A stretch of 64,000 nt of DNA from Ramazzottius varieornatus (lineage: Eukaryota > Animalia > Tardigrada). Positions within the stretch are counted from its first letter, which is position 1. Each line of letters starts with the position of its first letter. The stretch is taken from contig BDGG01000001.1 in assembly GCA_001949185.1 (NCBI GenBank), forward strand, positions 8,936,721 through 9,000,720, in the 5' to 3' direction. Both the position numbers and the translations under genes were made by a program. This document shows, in pieces, positions 47,632-58,224 of this stretch. The notes below the pieces were generated by a model that worked only from the letters and a program-made list of their open reading frames with translations, was not told where the DNA came from and ran no database searches.

Positions 47632-49454
47632 ATGAGGTTAATGGACAGAACCATTGGAGCGCTGCTTGCTTTATGTTTTATTGCCACCCTCTGCCAGGTA
47701 TGTCTTTCTGTGGATTGGGCAATTACGCGGTGTTAAAAGCGCAGAATTGTCATAATCTGATTACTTTTTTTCGTCCTGTTACAGACGGCACCCACAAAAG
47801 AGAAGGCACCGCCACCCATCGCACTGCCACCCATGCCCAAGAATGCGACGAATAACGCAAACGGTACAGTATGCCAAGCCGAAATCATCACTCCGTGTTG
47901 ACCTTCAAGCCTTTTACCGTATGTCTGATTTTAGACCCAGAGGGAAACGTCTCTTCTAAAGGTACTACATTCCCTCCAAAGTTTCGCGCAATCTCGTGGC
48001 TGGCCCATAGAGAAATCCCCGGGCGTTCAGACGGTTAAGGTCATTAAACTCTATAATCACTCCGGGCATTATCTTTTGCCATGCTCCGTCATTGCGCGAA
48101 ACTTTCGAGGAAACACAGTGGCGTGTCACTCGAATTACATTACACGTTTCTGTACCAATCACTAATTTTTACCTCTTTCTCATGTGTTTCAGAGCTGGTT
48201 GGGACACCACTGATTGATGCAAAGCAGCGCGATGGTTCCGGCGGTAGGCATAATAGTTAAAGCGAAAAGCTACGTACATGCTTATCACTAACTTGTCTAC
48301 AATTTATTGGAAACGTTTTATGCAGGCCATCACGAGAACAACAACATGATGATGCTTCCCTTACTGATGAGGTAAGTGTGTTACGTTCCAAGCAGAACAA
48401 ATGACTCGCACAGCCTGCCACGGCCTTCTCTATGGTACGTTCAGAACCGTAGACAGGCTCCTCTGTCATACCTGGTTAAAAAGGCAGTCACCAAGGAAGT
48501 GCATGGTGCTGCAGAGGGGCCTCCAAAGCGTCAACATCGTTCCTCCTGTGGCTAAACAGGAGAAACGACTGCCCGCAGGTGTTTATATTTATGGGTGATG
48601 CACCTGCAAGGAAGAATGCGCTTGCCTTCTCTTGCTCACTGCTGTAATACACGAATCAATGGCAGGCTACGCCAAGCGATGACGAGAAAGCAAGCGTTTC
48701 CTTTACTGTATTGTAGAATATAACGAGCCGTGGCAAGCAATATAATTAGTCTGGTTGTGCAACGGGTGAGATTCCCGCGTCTATGGCAATGGTTGCCTCA
48801 AATTCATTAACGTGCCACTTTGTTTGCAGCATGATGAATAACAACGGCGGCGGCGGCGGTGGCGGTAGGTACTTTTCACTTACTGGGGATGCCCATATTC
48901 CCATAAGTTGATTCTTTCGGTTGTCGTAATTATCCCACTGTTGGGAGCTTTTTCCTTCTGCGCCGAAAGTGGTGTACGCTATGAACTTGAATTCCTACAA
49001 CGGCGATTCATTTCAGGAAGACAAGACGGTGGTGGTGGCGGCGGTGGCGGTGGCGGTGGCGGCGGCGGCAACAATGCGGCGGTAAGTCTTCCATGGTCAT
49101 ACCCAGTTACTTAATTACAACTCAAAAATCGATTTGTTGACCGTGCGTATTGCGCACTGCTCTGGTTCTCACATTATGAAATTATACTGCAAAACGAATC
49201 TCCCCGCGGCTCGGTCCACTAAATCTCCTATTTGAAAGTTCTACCTCATGCGTATTTTTCTTTAAAACACTTTTTTTTCTTGTTTTGCAGATGATGGCCA
49301 TGGTAAGCAAACGGTTTTGTTTCTGTTGGTGCACTGGTTGAGCCAAGGATGGGACCAGGAAAAGCTACATCCTCAAAATTTATTCATCGATCATTCATGT
49401 CACTTTCAGATGATGTCGATGATGCACAGTGGTGGTGGCCACCGCAGTGGATAA
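47632..49454 (+). CDS. Secreted Met/Gly/Asn-rich small protein encoded by 9 short exons (141 aa)
   Basis: Exons 47632-47697, 47785-47863, 47935-47961, 48193-48243, 48326-48371, 48830-48864, 49017-49081, 49291-49302 and 49410-49454. All introns are GT-AG with consistent phases; 426 nt total. Signal peptide MRLMDRTIGALLALCFIATLCQ. Confidence 0.8.
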
Positions 49455-52232
49455 AGTGATCTCATCCCCATGATCTCATCCGCAACCGACACACTCCGAA
49501 ACATTTTATTACTTCTCGTAGCGGCGATATTTTGAAGTCTTCATGGCGTTGATATCTTGAAGAATCTGTGAAGCTTTTCGGATGGTGAGACGCATAGCAC
49601 TCCTTTTGGGCTTCTTGGTGGTTACGGTACCCCGGTCACCACCGAAATGATCTCGCTTCCTCCATATTTACTGCCAGCCAAGGCATTACTGAAAGCAATT
49701 GGGCAAGTTTCAAATAGGAGGATAGTTTCTTTCGTGATTTCAGAACTGAACGTTCCTTCGTTTTGTGAATCGCAAAGCGAATTATTAATCTCGCTTTTTT
49801 TGACGTCTCTCAATGCGATCGGTCAGGCCAGACTGACATTTGTATATAAACCATCTGCGCAATCCCAGATTAAAGTGATTGTACCACAGCTGTTCCATAT
49901 CCAAACTACAACGCCGTATCCAGCGTAAAATGATCTCGCTGGCGCGGTGGATGGTAGTTTGAACTAGAATTCATCCGGGCGGATTATCCAACCATCGATA
50001 GGTTTTTCATCCCCCGTCCGATAGATTTGATATCCTTTGCTGTTCCAAACGGAAGTTGCGCGAGATGTAGCTTGGTTCGGCTTGCTACGGAGCTACATGC
50101 GTACTTTTCACTTTGAGGGTATGACCTGCCGTCAAGTTTCGATTGGTCGGCTGACAATACTGGCAAGTCGTAGCCAACTTAGTTCTGGCATTCTCTCCAT
50201 CAACGAAAAGCGCAAGTATCCGGCACAGCCATTGCTGCTCGACTGCATTCCGAATTATTGCCAGCCATTCAATCGGTTACTTTTCGCAAGAGAAGTTAGC
50301 AGATTTCCACGAGTTGCTGACGATTTTGTGTTTGGTCGACCATTACCTCTCCTTGTTGTACTAATTCATGGATCACCTTCGGGATCTTCACGAAAGGAGG
50401 ACGGGAGAACACCAAATAAGCAGCAGTTGGAGGACTGGAATTTACAGGCCAATGCAGGTGAGTAACTTCCATCGGCGCATTGCCTCGATCAGCTGGTTTC
50501 TCTAAGTCGATGCTCCTGATATCATGACGTTGACAGTATTCATATCGTTGCTGTTTCAGATTCTTCGACGACAGAAGAGCTAAGCTGGATGTTTGAACGG
50601 ATGGACGGATGTCTGGTCGACCAAAGATTTGTCTGGAGGGGCATCCCGCGAATTTACTTCGTCTTACTGACTGATGTTTTTTTACCTTTCGTTGATTCTC
50701 GTCCGCTACTTGTTGGTAGTCCTAGTTGCTTTCTCGATTCTTCGTAAGCGTCTAATGGACCTACAATGGACCTGTAATTCGACTTTGTTTCACCTCATTT
50801 ACTGATTTTTCGTGTATATTTGCACCGAAACGATTAAAATTCTGAACGGAACTGTTGTCGGTTGTGAGGGGGATAACCACAGGAACAGCGGTTGTATCCG
50901 AGCAGGAGGAAAATTTGAACTGACGAGGATCAGCGAGGCTGGGCGAGCACTTGTATTATCTAATTTTCCCCCTAGTTACCGTGCTCTCTTTATCCAGACC
51001 ACATCGCCGTAACGTCCTTCCAATTTAGGGTAGATTTGGAATACGGCTGGTAAATCTGAGTACGAAACGTATTCTTAGGCCAGTCACCAGCCAAGTACTC
51101 AAGTTTAATGTGGGAATTGCAAGGTCACTCTACCGAACGTAAACGAATGTTATAGATACAGTTTCTCTCGAAGTCTGACGAGATAAGTACGTATTGCCGG
51201 TTACGCAGCAGCTGCTCCCGCAGGATCCTCAACAACGAAGACGCAAAGATGTGAAAGCGTCGATTAGAAAATTGGCCAGTGTTCTACTAGGGGGTACAGT
51301 GCAGTGTGGCCGAAGTATTGTCTAGAGTATGCAAATAAAAGTTCGATGATACAACTGGCACCAGCCAAAGTTCGCTATGCATTGGTACTGTACTGCATCG
51401 TCAAACTCGCAGCCTCCCTCCTTGTGTACAAGGAATGGACCCTCACCAGATATACCTAGATATTTTCCACTGACGGGTGCTTCAACTTTCCCCATACAAG
51501 CATGTAGCTCGCCTTCGGCTCGCTGTTTAAGTACACGATCGGGTGCGCCCCAAAGTGAGACTTAAAAATTATTATCAATGGTGTCACGATGCAAAAAATT
51601 TAGCTCGAAACTTTGGGGATGATGCTCATGAATCGGGTACGAAATTGTTAGTACATAAAGAGTGTGGAAAACATTTTTTTCGAGGACGAAGCTTTCGGTT
51701 GTAAGTACGTAGGTTCTTTTTGGCCGGTGGGTTGTCGTCCTTAACGCGTCGTTGGTCCGTGTCAGATTTACGTTCTTTCTTGATCTTAATGGCTGTCGGT
51801 GTGGGTATTTCTAATTCTGCTGTTTTAGGACTGGGGATCTTGGTCCTTGGGCAACGTTTTCGGTTGCGAGTCGGCTCAATAATTTGGATGTCAGATGGGT
51901 GATCAAAATTTTCGGAATTAAGAGTTGTCTTGTGGGGTAAAGACGACTTGGTGGTCTTGGTACTTGAAGTTTTATCCGTTCTGGTGGGTACTTTCTTGGT
52001 TTTCTTTACGGGACGAGGACGAAGTTTCACGCCGGGTACTCAAGCAAAGTTACGAGCTTGTCTTTCAATCTTATCTAACTTGAGATTTCATTACGCGTAT
52101 GCAATGCATGCCTGCACTATGAAGTTCGGAATTTTACTGTAATTCAAAACGTACACGTGCCTGGCCAAGTTATTGGCCTGGACAAAAGTTTTGCCCACCG
52201 GCCGAAAATTCACTGTACGTGTGCTACGTGTA

Positions 52233-52307
52233 CTGTATTCTATCGATGGTTTCGCGAATGACGGGATATCACTCACGGCGAAAGTCACACGATTCGCGAA
52301 ACTACAG
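52233..52307. mobile_element. Second, internally deleted copy of the same MITE family
   Basis: TA|CTGTATTCTATCGATGGTTTCGCGAAT ... GATTCGCGAAACTACAG|TA. Confidence 0.65.
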
Positions 52308-52428
52308 TAACTTTCCTCGAAAAATTATGTCTGGTAGGGTTGAAAGGCGGGGTAACTTTTAGGAGTAGAACCGGCATGAACGACCTTTTGTATCTGTGGT
52401 CATAGTGCCAGTGTCATCTGATGCGGAA

Positions 52429-53870
52429 TCACTGAGCCTGAGGGCTTGGTGCTTTGGTACGGTTGGACTTCGGACGAAAGGGGTCCGGCTCTAAGTCGGA
52501 GTCACTCAATGCGGGCACACGACGATTAGCTGTTGTATGGTTGGGTTTTGCAGAAAAGGCGTCCGGTTCTGAGTCGGAATCGGTCAACGTTACCACACGC
52601 CTTTTAGGTGGCGTGGGTCTTGGGTCTTGGGCTTCAGCGTCGCTGTCCGAGTGACACTGGATGTTGGAAGTGGTTACTTGGTCGCTATTGCGGTAACTCT
52701 TGGATGGTGAAGGAATCTTCTCTGTGGTTTTTTTTGGTGCGGTTTGGGGTGACGGAGTGGCTTGATATAGTTCTGAAGGAAGTAACAGGCTCAAGGACAC
52801 GGCGTGGCTTCTTAGCTTTTGAGATTGCTGGTTCGTTATGACATAGAAATAGCTCCTTTGGTTCACCAAATACAGATGTTGTTGTTCATCTTTCTGTACG
52901 TTGAAGAAGGCATAAACTTTCAGTGACATATCCTGGTCGATGGAATTGAAAAAAACGTCGGTTACGCGGAATGTTGCCCCAGTGGGTCCTGTGTGAACCT
53001 TAACTTCAAGTGCCGCTGGAATACTTCTGTCGCTGTTGTCCACTTGTTAGACCAGTAGCAGTATATTAAAAGGTGTGTGTTCTTCAATATCGTGCAGATC
53101 TGTTAAGGTGCGAAGTTGTGGTATCAGGGGCTGTTGGTGTTGTAGTTGGAGAACTGTCGTTTCTGGTCCGATGGTCATCTTTAGTGAGACTGTACTGTAT
53201 TCCCTCAATTGTTTCGCGAATCACGTGACGGTCGACGTAAATTACTCATGCATTGATCTTGCCAAGACACAGGCACGTTTCTAGCCCCGCCGGGTAATAT
53301 TTACGTCGACCGTCACGTGATTCGCGAAACAATCGAGGGAATACAGTAGAAGAATATTGGTATTTTCCAGCGGACACCAACTGACAGTTTCGAACTCGAA
53401 TGACGTGTCCAGATTTGAGGTGTCGCACTTTGTCAAGGTTTTTCTCGAACGCTTCTACATTGATCGAACCGGAAAGATCTGCCAAAGGTGGTCGTCTCAA
53501 CTTGTACCCTTGTTTCGTACGTTCTTCGTCGACGAACATGACGATGAAGTGCAGGGACTCGTACAACTTTGCCTGCAAAATGATGAGCTGTGCTGTCTGG
53601 CGTTGGACAGGAAACTTTGCAAGTATCTTCTTGGGGGTCTTGGTTTTGGAATTGGTGAGAACTGTCCAGTTGCTGGTTATCTGTGCGGTCTGGTGAATAG
53701 CCGGCCTCGACTTCCTGAACACTGTCCCATAGGTGGAGGCTTTTAATTTGCTCACCGTTGATAGTTACAGGATCAACTTTGATCAACTGTACGGTCACAA
53801 CTTCTGTGAACAGTGTGGGTGTTGTATCCGGTGGACCAAATGCGCCGAAAGTCAGGGGAGGGGTAGTCAT
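52429..53870 (-). pseudogene. Helitron-borne RPA70-like OB-fold ssDNA-binding protein, disrupted by a MITE
   Basis: LADLSGSINVEAFEKNLDKVRHLKSGHVIRVRNCQL (OB-fold-like). Removing MITE 53195-53346 plus one TA restores frame to ..KYQYSSTVSLKMTIGPETTVLQL..IPQLRTLTDLHDIEEHTPFNILLLV*, which continues into ORF 52429-53043. Confidence 0.6.
53195..53346. mobile_element. 152-bp MITE with ~48-bp TIRs and TA target-site duplication (Tc1/mariner-type)
   Basis: TA|CTGTATTCCCTCAATTGTTTCGCGAATCACGTGACGGTCGACGTAAAT ... ATTTACGTCGACCGTCACGTGATTCGCGAAACAATCGAGGGAATACAG|TA. Confidence 0.85.
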
Positions 53871-55337
53871 TTTCGAGCTTCTTTCAACTCAAAAAGTTCG
53901 AGGTCAGATTGTGCGAACGGAAGTTTATCTTAGTGAAACTGTATAGATTGTGCCTGCTTACGTAGTGATAAAATATTATAGTAAGAGTTCTGTACATGTG
54001 TACACTACGTTAGTGGTCAAAGTGTGACCGGTGGCAGCAATTTTTTCCGGTGTGGACAGTATCAGCTCTTGATCTCGCGATCTTGCACGACTCATTGCAA
54101 CAGCGATTTGTCCGTGGGAGAAACATCCTTTCCGTAAATCAATTCCGGTCTTCTGTAATGTGGCGCCTTGCGATCGGTTGACGGTCTTTACGTAACCGGG
54201 GCGTAGAGGAAACTGTTTTCTTGAAAGTGTGAGCCCTTTACGTTGAAGGTTCATTGTGAAGTTGATTCGCGGTATATAAAACATTCTCTTTGTCTCCACA
54301 GTTCCTATCTGAATGAACTTTTAGTTGATACTGAGAACTAAGACTTGTGTTTTATTAAGTAAGCCGTCGTGAGGTGATAGATTTCGAACGGTGAAGCACT
54401 CCATTCCCACTTTGAGGCGCCATTCGTGCGGAGGGACATTCGGGTAGTCGATCTGGTTGAAGAACTCTTTGGTCAGATTATTCCTGAAATATTCTGAAAC
54501 CTCGCTGGATTCGTTTAGGTCGTCGTAGCTGTATAGTGTAATGAAGTCACTGATCACTAGGTCCGAGATATCGTTGTTGAGAGTATGGACTTCCTTATTG
54601 AAAACGCTAAGTAGCGCTCGGTCGTATGTCATCGGCTTTTCAAGTGTCATATCCGGATAGATAAAGTGCTTCCACTCCTCTGCATCTGTAGTAGCTCGCA
54701 CTAAGTGCAAAGTAACTTTACCATTTGCATCAACAGGGGGAGTTCCATTTGCGATCATTACCACAAACGCAGAAAATTCGCGATCTGTTTCTTGTCGCAC
54801 AGGTACTGTGAGGGTGCAAACACAGAAATGCTTCCACACAGACGAGTACTTTATACTTGCTCGTACTGTAGTTTCGCGGGTTGCATGTTGTAGTATGGGT
54901 GGAATTTGGCGAAAATCTCCGACACCGATAAATATCATTCCTCGAAACGGTGTTTCACTTTTGTTTCTTAGTTTTCTCAGTACACTATCGACTGCTTCGA
55001 GGTTTCGTTTATCTGTCATGGTTATTTCGTCCCAAATCGCAACTGTCGCTTCCCGTAAGATAAGTAATTTACTCGCGTCATAAAGCAAGGTTTATGTCGC
55101 TACCTAAAACCTGTTGCAAAAACTGCTTCTGAGCGAGAACCGAAAACCGTGGGTCGCGACCTGAACCGGAACACGCACAAGCACTCGAGCTTGCAACGCA
55201 CAATCTGTTGTTCTGAGTATAATATGCCACATGTGCCAGAGACCGCCTGTCTGCCAGTGCAGCTGGCATACAGTAGAACTGCGATTTTTGAATTTTATTT
55301 TTCACTTTCGTTATTCCATCGTTTTTCGCATTACAAA

Positions 55338-56865
55338 ATGGATCCCAGATCTACTCTGACTGCTTTGTTGTTAACCTGTCGGCTTCGTCTACTTAACTTG
55401 CAACGGCGGAAGATGGAATTGAAGCGACTACGGGGATTGTCTCGTCTACCACGTCAGCGGAAGCCGCGAAGATGGTATGTCCGACCCAGCAACCTGAACA
55501 GAGGAGAAACGGCAGAGTACAGACCTTTGAAACTAACCCAGAGTACTACGAGGAGTACTTCCGGATGACCGAACCACAGTTCAAACTGCTCTTAAAGCTG
55601 GGAGCGCCATTGATAGTGCATGATCCAACCCATATACAGCCTATCACTGCGGAAGAACGGCTCGTTTTGACGTTAAGGTAACCTTCACATAATTCTGAAC
55701 ATGAGTCCTTCAACTCAACAGCCATAAACCTGTCAATAAAACAGCGCTTTCTAGGATTCTTGCTACCGGTATCTCACAGACGGCTGCTGCGCATTCATTC
55801 GCCATCTGTCAGACAACCATCGGCAACATCTTCAAAGAAACTACTAAAGCAATTTACACGGCCTTGAAGGATGTATATATCAGAGAAACCCAGCAAAGAA
55901 AGATGGCAGCAGAATGCTGAAAGCTTTGAGGCCATGTGGAACTTTCCCAACTGTATAGGTGCAATCGACGGAAAGCATGTTCAGATCAAGGTACAAATTT
56001 TCTACGTACATTATAAATATTCGACCTCCTTTACCACATAACATGCACACTAATCTGCTGTTTATCTTTTGTAGAAGCCAAAGAATGGAGGTAGCAAGTG
56101 GATTAACTACAAAGGGACACACTCAGTTGTTCTCATGGCTGTGGCGCGCGCAGATTATACATTCGAGTACGTCGACGTGGGAGGTTTTGGTCGGCAAAGC
56201 GATGGTGGTAATTGGCAAAACTGTACTTTGGGCCGCGCTTTAGGTGATGGAGAGTTGGTCCTGCCGCCCGGAAGAAAGCCACCGCTGTGTGCCGAGAAGT
56301 TACCGTACGTATTTGTGGCGGACGCTGCATTCCCAATGTCAGAAAACTTGCTGCGGCCATATCCCGGATACGCATTGTCTAGCCTCGGCAAACAAGAACG
56401 TATATTCAACTACAGGTTCGACACTGTTCGTTTTTTACAGGTTCATAACCCGAATATGCCGTGTGAATGATTATGATCACTGTATTACTGCAGGTTGTCC
56501 CGAGCTCGTCGAGTTGTCGAGAATGCCTTCGGTATACTAGCAGCCGAGTGGGAAATATTACGGGGACCCATCGCACTTGAACCATAACAAGTGATTTACC
56601 TGACGCTCGCCTGCTGTGCACTGCAGAATTTTTTGATAACGGAAAATACCAAGGCAGGTGACAAATAAATCTCCCCCACGATGGCACTTTTGTACCTGGT
56701 TCTTGGCGAAAAACTATGCCCGCAAGTATGATACCTCTTCGGGTTTTCGGAAACAGAGCTAGACGTGCTGCTATCAAGACGCGAGAGGACTTTTCTGAAT
56801 ATTTTAGTACGCATGGCAGTGTTCCATGGCAAGATAACATGGTCTTCGGTTTGCTAAACAAGTGA
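55338..56865 (+). pseudogene. Harbinger DDE transposase (HARBI1-like), with introns and frameshifts
   Basis: EEYFRMTEPQF, ITAEERLVLTLR-.LATG, WNFPNCIGAIDGKHV, NYKGTHSVVLMAV, DVGGFGRQSDGG, ADAAFP and [19 protein letters not shown]. Confidence 0.9.
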
Positions 56866-56970
56866 GTTTACTCCACTGGACAAAATCACCTTAAAAATGA
56901 ACTAAACGGAATTACAATCATGACTCGCGTCGGTATCACTATGATGCTGCACTGCTGAGTTATTGGGATA

Positions 56971-58224
56971 TCACGCGAGGATGACGGGAAAGCCAAAGCC
57001 AGTTGCCTGTTCGTACAGAAACATAGCAATAGCCTGTTGGATCTTCCGCCGAAGAACTTTGCGATCGTCTTCGTTTTGGCTCAGCAATGTGGCAGTTAGA
57101 TAGGTCCCTGCAGAAAGCAAACCAGTAACGTAAGTGTCATAATATCAAGCGCAAGTCGTTCTGGCACTTATATTATCAAGACGTACCATATTGTGCTTCG
57201 GGCGAATCAGCTTCTGTCCCTAGGACACCTAGAGCTTTCGTTAATTCATCAGCTTGACTGGCGAGCTTGCGCTCTTTGGACTCATATTCGTCCAGTTGTC
57301 GGGAACATTGGATTTCGTTGCTGCGTCTCTTGGACTTGCTGCCGCTAGACAACGTGGAAGCTACAAGGTACATCAGTCACTGCAATCATTCTCTGCTGGC
57401 AAGCCTTCTCGAAAACCATAAAACTGCTTACTCACCGGTTGACGAACGAACAGACGGTGGATTCGGAATTTCGGGAATTTCATCGTCAGCAAGGCTTCCG
57501 TCGTACACTTCTTTGCCGTTTCCGGTACTGCTTTCTTCGTCATCAGTTGTACCGTCAACCAACGAAAAATCTTCGCCAGCCCGAACAGCTGCCTTGGCTC
57601 TTTCGAGAGTCGATACAGATCTGCAAAAAAACCCTTCATGGTAGCATAATTTGCTACCCATAGAAAATAAAACACGAAAAATTAGACGGTCAAAAAGTGG
57701 ACGTACTCATTCGGAGTAATATAGTCCTTGACGAACTGCATGCTCTCCCAGTGCGGCCAGCTTTCAATGACCGCTTGTCTCCCGGCGCCGCTGGCAGGAT
57801 GCTCCTTCAGCTTTCTGCCAAAGTTTCGGAAGATTGGTCCAGAGTTTCTTCACGGCATCGCCTGAGTAAAACGACATGAAGCATTTCAGTAGTCAACTAA
57901 TAATAAATCAACAATATGCAACAACTTTCACCCACCTGTCTTGTCCAGTTTCAGCTCCGCAGCCATATCTTCCCAGATATCCGGTCGTTTGTCTTTACCT
58001 TTGTAGTAATCCGCATGTCCAGTATCATAGATCACACTGTTTTTCTGGACGAGAGTGATCACTTCGGCGATGTCCTTGTCGCTCCATTCTTCTTTCGTCG
58101 CTGCTTTGCGTCGCGTCTTCTTGGATAGTTCAGCTGAAGTCGTCTTCTTTGCTGCTGTGGCTGTCCCAGAAGCTGCTCGTTTCCTGTTAGTTGTCGTCCT
58201 TGGCTTTAACTGCTGACTACTCAT
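56971..58224 (-). pseudogene. Harbinger ORF2 MADF/Myb-SANT DNA-binding protein (frameshifted)
   Basis: EEWSDKDIAEVITLVQKNSVIYD...Y..KDKRPDIWEDMAAEL-..VKKLWTNL..WPHWESMQFVKD, acidic linker and a BESS-like helical C-terminus. Confidence 0.8.

Noticed and set aside
49840-50750. Possible small spliced gene (TATA at ~49843, GT-AG intron 50458-50559)
   Set aside because: I could not build a consistent start-to-stop model or recognise a product.
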